Positions 9,901 through 19,207 of a DNA stretch of 64,000 nt are shown here, piece after piece; the stretch's first letter is position 1; every line of letters starts with the position of its first letter. This stretch comes from Clostridia bacterium. GTDB lineage: Bacteria > Bacillota > Clostridia > Oscillospirales > CAG-272. Where the stretch lies: contig JAFTNJ010000002.1 of NCBI GenBank assembly GCA_017451915.1, forward strand, positions 7,357 through 71,356. The letters are read 5' to 3'. A program made the translations under genes and the position numbers. The notes beneath the pieces were generated by a model. That model was given only the letters and a program-made list of their open reading frames with translations. It ran no database searches and was not told the origin of the DNA.

Positions 9901-12900
9901 AACCACCATTACCTGTACGGGTAGTCTGACACAAAATTCCACCTATTATACTTACGCGGGCGGCTACGTGGGCTACGGCGAGTGCGTTACCAACTGTATC
10001 AACGAGGCCGCGATTACCATTCTTCAAAAGGGTAGCTACGTTGGCGGTATCGCCGGATATACCGTCGGTGCCATCAACGGCTGTACCAACACCGGGGCGA
10101 TTACGGCTCCCGAGTGTGATTACGTGGGCGGTATCGTTGGATTCAACCTCGTTGACGATTCCGGCACCTCCTCTCAGCTTACCAACAGCGGAGCGATCGT
10201 TGGTCAAAAATATACCGGCGGTATTTTCGGTCGGTGTCAGTTCTCCCATTGGGATAACCGTACGGGCACGATTTCCAATTACATCAACAGCGGCACGGTC
10301 ACCGGTACCGTGTACGTTGGCGGTCTCTTTGGTGAATTCTACTCCGCGGCCGACGGTGGAGACGCCTTCACGGTTCAGCTTTCCGCCCTCAAGAATACCG
10401 CTGACGTTACGGGTACGAGTTACGTAGGCGGTTTGATGGGTCGAGGCATTGCCGATACCAATGCTTCCAAGCTCACCGAATCCTCCAGCGCGGGTGTGAT
10501 CACCGCCGAGTATTACGTGGGCGGTCTGGCAGGAATGCTGGATACCCTGACCATGGACAACTGCTCCAACAAGGGCAGCACCGTAAACGCCACCAAATAT
10601 CTGTTGGATGGCACCAACTACTACACCTACGCCGGCGGCTACGTTGGCTACGGTTACATTATTATTAATTGTAAGAACGAAGCCGATCTGACCTGCGCAG
10701 AGCAGGGAAGCTACGTGGGCGGTATTGCCGGATATACCAGCAGTTACGTGACCAAGTGTAGCAACACCGGCGCCATCTCGGCTCCCAAGTGCAACTACGT
10801 GGGCGGTATTGTGGGATATATGTCCATCTCCGATACAGCCGCCAGCGAATCCTTGGAGAACAGCGGCGCTGTGACGGGTAAGAACTACGTGGGCGGTATT
10901 GTCGGATACTGCAGATGCTACCATTGGGATCCCCGCACGGCGACCTTCAACAAGTACGTCAACAGCGGTGCCGTGAACGGTGAGGAATGCGTGGGCGGTA
11001 TCTTTGGCGAGCTTTACACCTATGCCGACGGCAGCGACGTTTACACCGTGACCATGAGTGCCTTCCAGAACATGGGCGACGTTACGGGTATCAAGTACGT
11101 GGGCGGTCTGCTCGGCAAGGGCTATTCGGACCATTGGAGCACCATGACGGGCTCCTCGGTTTCCGGAACGATCACGGGTGAAACCTACCTGGGCGGCTTG
11201 CTTGGATATTTCGAGCATCTGAACGTGTCGGGCTGCTCCAATGCGGGAACCACGTTGACCGTTACCGGCAAGTCCGAATACATCGGCGGCTTTGCAGGAT
11301 ATTTGCACGGATCCATCAGCTCCTGCACCAACGTCATTGACGTGGTCGCACCCGAAAGCAATTACGTGGGCGGTATCGCGGGATATCTCTACATCAACGA
11401 GACCACGACCTCGGAGCTCCTGTCCAACACCGGTACCGTGAAGGGTAAGAATTACACGGGCGGTATCGCCGGACGCTACCAGCTTTACCATTGGGATAAC
11501 CGCACGGGAACCCTTTCCAAGTACACCAACAGCGGTGCGGTGACCGGTGCCGAATACGTGGGCGGTATCATCGGTGAGATCTACTCCGCGGCAGATAGCG
11601 GCGATGTTTACACCTTCTTCCTCTCCGAGTTTACCAACACGGGCAACGTGACCGGTAGCCACTACGTTGGCGGCTTGCTGGGTAAGGGTCGCTCGGATAC
11701 GGGCAACTCCAAGCTTTCCTCCTCCACCAGCTCCGGCGTGATTACTGCCGAGTACTACGTGGGCGGTCTGGCAGGCTATATGGAGAGCGTACAGATCGAG
11801 ACCTGCTCCAACACGGGCAGTACCGTAAACGCCACCAAGTATCTGGTGGACGGAACCAACTATTATACCTACGTCGGCGGTTACGTCGGACGCGGATATA
11901 TTATTAATAATTGTAAGAACGAAGCCAATATTCTCTGCACTCTGCAGGGAAGCTACGTTGGTGGTATTGCCGGTTATACCGATCACTATATTACCAACTG
12001 TAGCAACAGCGGAACCGTTACGGCCCTCAAGTGTGATTACGTGGGCGGTCTTGCCGGTTACGTTTACCTTCCCGCAACGGCGGTCTGCGAGAGTCTAACC
12101 AACACCGGCGCGGTGAAGGGCAAGAACTACGTAGGCGGTATGATCGGTTACCTCAAGGCCTACTACAGCAACGGCGGTACGGCAACCTTCTCCAATCTTA
12201 CCAATAGCGGCGCGATCACCGGTACCGATTACGTTGGCGGTATGATTGGTGAACTCTACGCAGACGCCTATAGTAGCAGCTCCTTTACGGTTCTGATCGC
12301 TGAGTTCAAGAACACGGCCAACGTCACGGGAACCAACTACGTGGGCGGTCTGATCGGTAAGGGATATACCGACACCTGGAACAGTAGGTTCACCGGATGC
12401 ACCAACGAGGGCACGGTCACGGGTACCTCCTACCTGGGTGGTCTGGCCGGTAAGCTTCAGTACTTTGGTGTGGAGAACTGCACCAATGAGAACACGGTTC
12501 TTGCCGTGACCGGCAAGGGCGATTACATCGGCGGTCTGATCGGTTACGCGCATTGCATGATGAATTCCTGCAGCAACAGCATCGACGTTATCGCTATCAA
12601 TAGCAATTACGTGGGTGGCGTTGCGGGTTACATCTACGTGAACGAGACCTTCACCTCCTCCTTGCTGGAGAACGTTGGAACGGTCACCGGTAAGGATTAC
12701 GTTGGCGGTATTGCCGGACGTATCGAGGGCAACCATTGGGATAACCGCACGGGTACGCTTCTTCAGTACACCAATAGCGGCGATATTACGGGTGCTATGT
12801 GCGTTGGCGGCCTCGTGGGCGAGGTCTACGGCAATGCCGATAGCGGCGACGTCTTTACCATGCTGATTTCCGAAATGGAAAGCACGGGCAAGGTGAAGGG

Positions 12901-15076
12901 TACCTACAACGTAGGTGGCCTGTTCGGTGAATGCGACACCGACACGCTGAACTCCAAGATCTCTTTGAGTACCGCGATCTGCACCGTGACCGGTGAGTAT
13001 TACGTTGGCGGTATCGTTGGCTGGAGTGATATGAAGCTGGAGCAGTGCACCAATGCGGGATGCACCGTGGAAGCTACGAAGTACGTTCTCAAGGATTCTG
13101 TAAACTGCACCTATCTGGGCGGTATGGCAGGCTACTGCGGCTCCACCATTTCCGATTGTGTCAACGAGGCTACCCTGATCGTCACCGGCAAGGGCAACTA
13201 CGTTGGCGGCGTGGTCGGTTATGCTACCGGAGCATTGAATTCCTGCTCCAACGTGGTCAATATCTCGGCTCCCGTCAACAGCTACGTGGGCGGTGTGGCA
13301 GGTTATATCCGTATTTCCGAGGGCTTTACCTCCGCGTTCCTGGAGAATAGCGGTAACGTTACGGGTAAGAACTACGTGGGCGGTATTGCCGGTCATTACG
13401 AGGGCTACCATTGGGATAACCGCACGGGTACCATTTCCCAGCACAAGAACAGCGGTGCGATCCTCGGTGAGGAATACGTGGGCGGTATTGCCGGTAATCT
13501 CTACTCGGTGGCCGACGGCGGTGACACCTACACCCTGCTCATCACCGAAATCGAGAACACGGGCAACGTTACGGGTAAGTGCTACGTTGGCGGTTTGTTC
13601 GGCAAGGGATCGAGCGATAACGGAAATTCCATGATCTCCGCCGGCTCGGTGGTCTGCGAGGTTACGGGTGAGTATTACGTGGGCGGTCTTGCCGGACGGC
13701 TGGATGCTATCGGGCTGGAGGCCTGCACCAACCGCGGAACCACCGTTAACGCCACCAAGCATTTCCTGGACAATTCGGTTTATTACACCTATGCCGGCGG
13801 CTTTGCCGGATACGGATACAAGGTTTCCGAGTGTACCAATGAGGCTACGCTGGTGATTGGTGGCAAGGGCTGCTACGTTGGCGGCGTGGTTGGTTACTGC
13901 GTCAACGCCCTCACCTCCTGCTCCAATATCATGAACGTGATCGCTCCCGAAAGCAACTACGTTGGCGGTATTGCGGGCTATGCTTACAGAGACGGCGATC
14001 TGACGATGAGCGATCTCTCCAACAGCGCAACCGTAACGGGTAAGAACTACGTGGGCGGTGTGTTTGGATATCAGCATTTGTACAACTATTACAGCAAGTC
14101 AGCAAGCCTTGGAAACTTTGTCAACAGCGGCAACGTTACGGGTGCCGAGTTCGTTGGCGGTATCGTTGGTGAGCTTTACGCCGTAGGTGACGGCGGTGAT
14201 ACCTATAAGGTGATCATGACCGAGTACGTGAATACCGGTAATATTACGGGTACGCACTACGTAGGCGGTCTGATCGGTAAGGGCGCAACCGACCACGGGG
14301 ACTCCAAGATCATGGATAGCTCCAGCGCGGGCGTGATCACCGGCACTTATTACGTCGGCGGTCTGGCGGGTTATTTGAATACCGTTCAGATGGAGGCCTG
14401 CTCCAACGCCGGAACCACCCTCAAGGGTCTTGGCCACTTTGTGGACGGTAGCGAGAACCGCACCTATGCCGGCGGTTACGTTGGCTACGGCTACTCCGTT
14501 AAGGATTGTAAAAACGAAACCGATATCATTTTCACCGACGTTGGCGGATGCATTGGCGGTATTGCGGGATACGCCACCTGGATCGTGGATTCCTGCACCA
14601 ATACGGCGAACATCGTTGCTCCTTCCTCGGATTACGTGGGCGGTATCGTTGGATATCTTTACAATAACGGAAGCGTTACCTCGTCCGCTCTGGAGAACAC
14701 CGGCCTGATCTCGGGTAACAATTACGTGGGCGGTCTGATCGGTAAATATCAGCTTTACAATTATTACACCAAGACCGCAACCCTTTCCAACTACGTCAAC
14801 CGCGGTGCCGTGAACGGTGCCGAGCACGTAGGCGGTATCGCCGGAAATCTGAACGCATACGGCGATGGCGGAGATACCTACAAGGTTACCATGACCGAGA
14901 TCTTTAATACCGGTAATATTAACGGTAAGAATCTGGTTGGCGGCCTGATCGGTGCGGTGGAAACCGACCACAGCGGCTCTGCTTTGTCAGATTATGCGTC
15001 CGGCGGAACGGTAACCGCGATCTCGGGCACCGGCGGCGAGCTGTTCGCTCAAGTCAAAAATCTGGTCGTAAACTAA
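6902..15076 (+). CDS. giant lipoprotein (~2724 aa): Flg_new-type repeats followed by a ~2000-aa GLUG-motif beta-helix-like repeat array
   Basis: ORF 6887..15076; the likely start is TTG 6902 after GGAGGAG 6889-95. Signal KRRFLWILLGLLLLAVCFTAC carries a lipobox. The N-terminal third is collinear with the preceding protein. After that come dozens of xYVGGxxG turns. Confidence 0.85.
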   Translation: MKRRFLWILLGLLLLAVCFTACDSGDDPDVGSQQGGDVTVTYYITVGGEANQFIAYDGVLELYDIPARMGYEFLGLYDAPEGGSQIVTPMGTGNVQVTKPLTLYAHWRALSYTITFLPGEGSLPEGQSTMTVLYGETLSIFPIPEREGYDFVGWDDGYGALCSTGGTVNEDKRVFDESSYYFVNTGVTLRAQWKEKKLAVVFDYNDGTYKTDAMEVAYGLPLDPSTFPQVDDGTKFITGWSLSRSSQINFEGKVTEDLTLYAIWQEYKTLSIYTEIGTEPEQIRIFRNEIFECPTPTKDGYWFDGWYSSTLFSGLPLTNVTFGAGVSEIYAKWTPVEYKIQFVTNNGTSLPDGSYTIETSVTLPTLQKDYCKFLGWCMNEDLSDIPMLTLPTGLTGDMTLYASFRGENRAMILDPDGGFVSNSFITVEYGKSYVLPVPMRDGYAFVGWYSADGVQYTDANGNALFECDLTVPDISLIAKYDKKYYVLYDSNLTGAGSITVNEYYLAGETVTVELKVNPGYRYISMSYNGTPLVTGLKYTFVMPEENVTITGTFEALVYRVGLNPNGGFSKDNMATLTFGQSYSLPVAWKTGMLFVGWRTPDGELLTDENGNSLKAWHLTESMSLEASFVENPDGDAFILVYDVETFLSMKENPSKTYTLVSNIDLLGVTWTPFEFSGNLNGNGFTIKNLTVTTSADYGGMFTTLTGTVRDLNFENLTVTNTQTGLNHTGGVCGYLNSGTLNNVHIKSGSITAKNADLGGLVGNMSKNGANIVKNCSNSAQVLNESTSGQRATGGIVGYYQNNAGLVTDCVNHGAVSGSNCVGGILGYMEFTGVLPTQNLINYGEINGTTYVGGLIGRINTGLDSSIQWNSVNHGKVTGTTYVGGLIGELYASTGGNRTLVLSDFTNHGETVGTECVGGVIGRIHISSGGYVKLDAAKLINDGAVTGRNYVGGLLGYGYTDTDESKIVNSQSSGVITAEYYLGGIAGRLENIQLDSCSNKGTTITCTGSLTQNSTYYTYAGGYVGYGECVTNCINEAAITILQKGSYVGGIAGYTVGAINGCTNTGAITAPECDYVGGIVGFNLVDDSGTSSQLTNSGAIVGQKYTGGIFGRCQFSHWDNRTGTISNYINSGTVTGTVYVGGLFGEFYSAADGGDAFTVQLSALKNTADVTGTSYVGGLMGRGIADTNASKLTESSSAGVITAEYYVGGLAGMLDTLTMDNCSNKGSTVNATKYLLDGTNYYTYAGGYVGYGYIIINCKNEADLTCAEQGSYVGGIAGYTSSYVTKCSNTGAISAPKCNYVGGIVGYMSISDTAASESLENSGAVTGKNYVGGIVGYCRCYHWDPRTATFNKYVNSGAVNGEECVGGIFGELYTYADGSDVYTVTMSAFQNMGDVTGIKYVGGLLGKGYSDHWSTMTGSSVSGTITGETYLGGLLGYFEHLNVSGCSNAGTTLTVTGKSEYIGGFAGYLHGSISSCTNVIDVVAPESNYVGGIAGYLYINETTTSELLSNTGTVKGKNYTGGIAGRYQLYHWDNRTGTLSKYTNSGAVTGAEYVGGIIGEIYSAADSGDVYTFFLSEFTNTGNVTGSHYVGGLLGKGRSDTGNSKLSSSTSSGVITAEYYVGGLAGYMESVQIETCSNTGSTVNATKYLVDGTNYYTYVGGYVGRGYIINNCKNEANILCTLQGSYVGGIAGYTDHYITNCSNSGTVTALKCDYVGGLAGYVYLPATAVCESLTNTGAVKGKNYVGGMIGYLKAYYSNGGTATFSNLTNSGAITGTDYVGGMIGELYADAYSSSSFTVLIAEFKNTANVTGTNYVGGLIGKGYTDTWNSRFTGCTNEGTVTGTSYLGGLAGKLQYFGVENCTNENTVLAVTGKGDYIGGLIGYAHCMMNSCSNSIDVIAINSNYVGGVAGYIYVNETFTSSLLENVGTVTGKDYVGGIAGRIEGNHWDNRTGTLLQYTNSGDITGAMCVGGLVGEVYGNADSGDVFTMLISEMESTGKVKGTYNVGGLFGECDTDTLNSKISLSTAICTVTGEYYVGGIVGWSDMKLEQCTNAGCTVEATKYVLKDSVNCTYLGGMAGYCGSTISDCVNEATLIVTGKGNYVGGVVGYATGALNSCSNVVNISAPVNSYVGGVAGYIRISEGFTSAFLENSGNVTGKNYVGGIAGHYEGYHWDNRTGTISQHKNSGAILGEEYVGGIAGNLYSVADGGDTYTLLITEIENTGNVTGKCYVGGLFGKGSSDNGNSMISAGSVVCEVTGEYYVGGLAGRLDAIGLEACTNRGTTVNATKHFLDNSVYYTYAGGFAGYGYKVSECTNEATLVIGGKGCYVGGVVGYCVNALTSCSNIMNVIAPESNYVGGIAGYAYRDGDLTMSDLSNSATVTGKNYVGGVFGYQHLYNYYSKSASLGNFVNSGNVTGAEFVGGIVGELYAVGDGGDTYKVIMTEYVNTGNITGTHYVGGLIGKGATDHGDSKIMDSSSAGVITGTYYVGGLAGYLNTVQMEACSNAGTTLKGLGHFVDGSENRTYAGGYVGYGYSVKDCKNETDIIFTDVGGCIGGIAGYATWIVDSCTNTANIVAPSSDYVGGIVGYLYNNGSVTSSALENTGLISGNNYVGGLIGKYQLYNYYTKTATLSNYVNRGAVNGAEHVGGIAGNLNAYGDGGDTYKVTMTEIFNTGNINGKNLVGGLIGAVETDHSGSALSDYASGGTVTAISGTGGELFAQVKNLVVN
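9500..15000 (+). repeat. in-frame tandem super-repeat inside the giant gene (units of about 675 nt and 567 nt)
   Basis: The anchor CATTGGGATAACCG (HWDNRTG) recurs at 10247, 10922, 11489, 12734 and 13409, giving spacings of 675, 567, 1245 and 675 nt. Degenerate equivalents lie near 12170, 14085 and 14760. Confidence 0.8.
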
Positions 15077-15103
15077 CGACCTGAAAATAAAAGGAGAAAA
15101 ACT

Positions 15104-18100
15104 ATGAAGATCAAACTTTTGAGCGTTGCGATTCTGCTCATTCTTGCGAGTTTGTTGTTGGTATCCTGCGATACGGCCCTGGAGCTTGCCGCACCCACCA
15201 ACATTCGTTATGACGGAACGCATATCACATGGAATGCGGTGGAAAATGCCGACAGCTACACCGTGCAGATCAACAATGGGGAAGCCTACACCGTTAATTC
15301 GCCCCTGTACCCCTACGAGGCAAACGGTGCCACCTTTTCAGTAACCGTTACCGCGGTCTCCGATGCCAAAAAGGTGATCAAGTCCGGGGAAACGGTGGTC
15401 AATTTCAAGCCCCTGGGCTCCATTGACACCATTCGCATCAGCGATGACGGCGTTCTTTCCTGGGACGTTGTCAACCATGCCACCGCCTACACCCTGAAGG
15501 TGGACGGCGTTGAGCATTCCGGTACCGTTACGGGAACCACCTACGCAGGTCTTCCCGTAGGTCGCCACAGCGTACAGGTGCGTCCCGTGATCGACGGTGA
15601 CACCTCCTACTACTCCTCCTGGAGTAACGCGGTGGTGGTGGAGATCCTGGGATCGGTTGCCAAGGATGATATCACCTACGACAACGGCTACATTAAGTGG
15701 AAGTACGTAAACGGCGCGCAGTACTACGAAGTATCCGTGAACGGCGTTCCCCTGGATTCCAAGTGCACCGGAACCCAGATCGAGTACGATCCCAACAACA
15801 CCGGATTTGAGGTGACTGTTAAGGCCATCGGTAACCACAGCTCTACCTTCGACGGCAAGGTTTCCGATGCCAAGAAGTTCGTCTTCCTGGATACCGTTAC
15901 CAACATTATCGTTGAGGACGGCATTCTGAAGTGGGATCCCATCAACGGTGCCGACGGCTACAAGATCAAGCTCAACGGCTCGGTTTATGCCCAAACTCTG
16001 ACCGAGTGCAAGTTTGATAAGCTTTCCGCCGACGTAACCACCGACGTATCCATTATGCCCATCAGCAACGATACCACCTATTTCTCGGGTTGGTCGGATA
16101 CCAAGAGCGTGCTGATCCTCTCGGCTCCTGTCATCCGTTGGAACGACTATGAGCTGGACGGCCAGGCAAACAGCAACGTTTATTGGGATGGCATTGCCAA
16201 TGCCGCAGGCTATGCGGTTCGTTTGACTCTGCCCGATGGCTCTACCGTGATCGAAACCTTTGGCGAGACCCAGCGGTACTTCCAGCAGGCCTACCTGCAG
16301 ACCGGTACCTATCTGGTAGAGGTCAAGGCCCTTGCCAACACCACCTCCAGCAATGTTTACGATTCGGTTTACTCCGCGTCGATCAAGGTAGTTCGTCTGG
16401 CTGCTCCCAAGGCTGCCGGAACCAACTACATCACCAGCAATCCCAACGACCTGGACGACGGCTTTACCGTTACCTTTGATAAGGTTGCCGGCGCTACCCA
16501 GTACCGTCTGTATAAGGACAACGTGCTGGACCGCACCATCTCGGGCAGCAATAACCAGTTTGTGGTAAAGGATCTTGCCGCCGCAGGCGTGATCGAGGAG
16601 CAGACCTACAACTACGCCATTCAGAGCGTTGGCTCGGTGCAGACCGTCAACGGCCAGATCGTGGCAACGTTGAGCTCTCTGACCGCAAACTCCCACAAGT
16701 TCTCCATCACCGTGCTGGCAACTCCCGCATCGCCTGATATTGACGGCTACAAGTATTCCTACGGCATGGTCAATAAGGCTGCCGGCTACGTGATCGACGT
16801 TGGCGGACAGAGCTTCTCCAGCGGCGAGACCTCCTACGAGCTGAGTATGCTGGAGGCCGGCGTTTACAGCGTTAGTGTTTGCGCCAAGGGCAACGGAACC
16901 AACGTTCTGCCCTCCAACTACTCCGCCCCCATCAGCGTACACCGCCTGGAGGCACCCACCAACGTGCGCATCGATACCTCCGAGGCCTCCGAGGGTGTTC
17001 TGACCTTCAACCCCGTGCTCTATGCTTCGGGCTACTATATCGTATTCAATAACGATGGCAATCCCATTCCCGTGGACACCATCAGCAACATGAACCAGTA
17101 CATTACCGAGCAGGGTACCACCGTATATCTGCAGAGCTCGGCCAACTACTTCAATACCGACAGAACCGTTTACTACATGACCTCCAAGCCGGGTACCACC
17201 ACCAACTTTATCAAGCTGGCGGCTCCCACCTTTGGTGACGTGGCCTTCAACCGCAACCAGCTGATCTGGAAGGCTCCCGTTAACGTCAACACCCAGGCCT
17301 ACACTCCCACCTACGAGGTCTACTATCCCAACGGTATGATCTACAACGGTGAGAAGAACGGTACCACCATGGATATTACCCACCTGGAGGGCGGACAGAG
17401 CTACGAGTTCCAGGTAAAGGCCATCGGTAACGGCACCAACTTCATCAACTCCGAAAAGTCTGCCGTAGTCAGCATCTACAAGCTGGCAACGCCTCAGGTG
17501 AGCCGTGTGGACGGTGCCTACACCTGGAACGGTGTTGCAGAGGCCGTCAGCTACGCCATCTACATTGACGGTGTTTTGATGGAGACCTTTGTTCACGAGC
17601 CCGGAAAGACCTATTCCTACGTTCCCAATTTCACCGAGCTGAAGGTTTACACCGTGGAAGTGATTGCCATTGGTGACGGCGGATACCGCAGCATCGATTC
17701 CTCTCCTTGCACCATTCTCCAGGAGACCAAGCAGCTGCAAACACCTGATTTCAGTCTCTCCTACAGCGACGCTTACTACACCGAGTCGGGTACGGTCAAC
17801 GTGACCATCACCAAGGAAAGCCCCTATGCCAAGGGTTATGCCTACACGGTTGGCGGCGCAACCTATGAGAAGACCGAAACCACCTATTCCTACCGTCCCA
17901 ATAGCGTAGGCAACATCGTTGCAAGAGTTTACGCCATTGGCGGTAACTTCGACGAGAACGGCGTTTACTATCTGGATTCCCAGTCCGTGGGTGGCAACAG
18001 CAGATATTCCATTACGCTGCTGGCATCTCCCGATCCCGCTTCCTTTACTCTGACGGCCGACGGCCTTTTGAAGTGGCCTGCCATCTCCGGTACCGGCAAG

Positions 18101-18286
18101 TATGAGCTGGAGATCTCCGTCGACGGCGTGATCACCACCGTGACGGTGAGTGGCGCAAGCTACGATCTGAACAAGAGTGGCATCAACGTCAGCAAGGTCA
18201 GCACGCTGATCGTACGCGTGCGCGCCCTTGGTAACGGCGTGGATACCGTTACCTCTGCCCAGGCAGAGAAGCGTTGGGATCTTTGA
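15104..18286 (+). CDS. lipoprotein made of about 12 tandem FN3/Ig-like modules (1060 aa)
   Basis: AAAGGAG lies before ATG 15104. Signal MKIKLLSVAILLILASLLLVSC carries a lipobox. The module signature aP-n...g-l-W--v-gA--Y-v recurs about every 85-90 aa. Confidence 0.8.
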   Translation: MKIKLLSVAILLILASLLLVSCDTALELAAPTNIRYDGTHITWNAVENADSYTVQINNGEAYTVNSPLYPYEANGATFSVTVTAVSDAKKVIKSGETVVNFKPLGSIDTIRISDDGVLSWDVVNHATAYTLKVDGVEHSGTVTGTTYAGLPVGRHSVQVRPVIDGDTSYYSSWSNAVVVEILGSVAKDDITYDNGYIKWKYVNGAQYYEVSVNGVPLDSKCTGTQIEYDPNNTGFEVTVKAIGNHSSTFDGKVSDAKKFVFLDTVTNIIVEDGILKWDPINGADGYKIKLNGSVYAQTLTECKFDKLSADVTTDVSIMPISNDTTYFSGWSDTKSVLILSAPVIRWNDYELDGQANSNVYWDGIANAAGYAVRLTLPDGSTVIETFGETQRYFQQAYLQTGTYLVEVKALANTTSSNVYDSVYSASIKVVRLAAPKAAGTNYITSNPNDLDDGFTVTFDKVAGATQYRLYKDNVLDRTISGSNNQFVVKDLAAAGVIEEQTYNYAIQSVGSVQTVNGQIVATLSSLTANSHKFSITVLATPASPDIDGYKYSYGMVNKAAGYVIDVGGQSFSSGETSYELSMLEAGVYSVSVCAKGNGTNVLPSNYSAPISVHRLEAPTNVRIDTSEASEGVLTFNPVLYASGYYIVFNNDGNPIPVDTISNMNQYITEQGTTVYLQSSANYFNTDRTVYYMTSKPGTTTNFIKLAAPTFGDVAFNRNQLIWKAPVNVNTQAYTPTYEVYYPNGMIYNGEKNGTTMDITHLEGGQSYEFQVKAIGNGTNFINSEKSAVVSIYKLATPQVSRVDGAYTWNGVAEAVSYAIYIDGVLMETFVHEPGKTYSYVPNFTELKVYTVEVIAIGDGGYRSIDSSPCTILQETKQLQTPDFSLSYSDAYYTESGTVNVTITKESPYAKGYAYTVGGATYEKTETTYSYRPNSVGNIVARVYAIGGNFDENGVYYLDSQSVGGNSRYSITLLASPDPASFTLTADGLLKWPAISGTGKYELEISVDGVITTVTVSGASYDLNKSGINVSKVSTLIVRVRALGNGVDTVTSAQAEKRWDL

Positions 18287-18361
18287 TTAACCACTGCTTA
18301 AAATAACCCTGTGGGGCGCATGAGCTTTCCGTTTGTGCGCCCCATGTTACGGAGAACTGCT

Positions 18362-19183
18362 ATGAGTCAAGTATTTTTCAATCTTCTCGTTCATTTGTTT
18401 TATTTTATCGGAACGGTGTTTTTGATCGGCTTTGCCATTCATCACCTGAATCGGTTGTTCTACCGACTGTTGGATTACCGTATGGGGATCTGCTATGCCA
18501 CCGGCGTGATCGGAACCCCCATTCACGAGCTGAGTCACGCGGTTGCCTGCTTGCTGTTCCGTCACAAGATCCAAGAGATGCGCCTGTTCCAGATCGACCG
18601 TGAGAGCGGCGTTCTTGGCTACGTGTCCCATTCCTACAATCCCAAAAGCCTTTACCAACGGGTGGGGAATTATTTCATTGGCGTGGCACCCATCCTGGTG
18701 GGAACGCTGTTCCTTTGCTGGATGATGAAGCTGCTGCTGCCCGAGGCCTTTTCCGAGTTTACCGAGTACCTGGGGGATTTTTCCTACTTGCAGGGCAAGG
18801 GTGTTTCCTGGAAATGGCTGGCCTATGCCTGGGCGGTCTTTTGGGGAAGTATAGAGATCCTGTTTTCGTCGATCTCCGCGGGGCTCCATTGGTGGATCTT
18901 TATGATCCTGGCCCTTTGTGTGTCCATTCACATGAACCTGAGCGGTGCCGATATCAAAGGGGCGCTTTCGGCCCTGCCGTTGCTGGCCGTTTTGCTGGCG
19001 GTGGCGCACGCGGTGCTGTTCTTCCTGCCCGGTGATCTTTACGCGGGCTTTGTGCAGGGGGTCAACGTAGCGGGAAGCTACCTGACGGGGATCCTATTGC
19101 TCTCTCTGTTGCTCTCGGTCTTTTCGGTGGGACTTGCGGCCGTTGGTGCCGGGATCTCCCGCTTGTTGGGGCGGAGAAGATAA
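18362..19183 (+). CDS. polytopic membrane protein with an HExxH motif (DUF3267-like putative zincin)
   Basis: ORF 18311..19183 trimmed to ATG 18362 after GGAG. HELSH follows the first TM helix and there are about 6 TM helices. Confidence 0.6.
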   Translation: MSQVFFNLLVHLFYFIGTVFLIGFAIHHLNRLFYRLLDYRMGICYATGVIGTPIHELSHAVACLLFRHKIQEMRLFQIDRESGVLGYVSHSYNPKSLYQRVGNYFIGVAPILVGTLFLCWMMKLLLPEAFSEFTEYLGDFSYLQGKGVSWKWLAYAWAVFWGSIEILFSSISAGLHWWIFMILALCVSIHMNLSGADIKGALSALPLLAVLLAVAHAVLFFLPGDLYAGFVQGVNVAGSYLTGILLLSLLLSVFSVGLAAVGAGISRLLGRRR

Positions 19184-19207
19184 GACAAAACCGAAGAAAA
19201 AACAAAA

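Noticed and set aside
8291-14077. Very long antisense ORFs opposite the giant repeat gene (8291..11986 at 1231 aa, 12095..14077 at 660 aa, and also 14099..14971 and 6917..8266).
   Set aside because: Their translations are low-complexity (G/V/A/T/H-rich), and they have no RBS or signal features. They mirror the codon periodicity of the + strand gene, which has clear signal-peptide, RBS and domain motifs. Stop-free antisense frames are expected in GC-rich repetitive coding DNA.
9500-15000. Periodic DNA repeats that could be mistaken for a CRISPR array or satellite.
   Set aside because: The periods are 567-675 nt, the repeats are in frame within one continuous ORF, the copies are diverged, and there is no short repeat/spacer structure.
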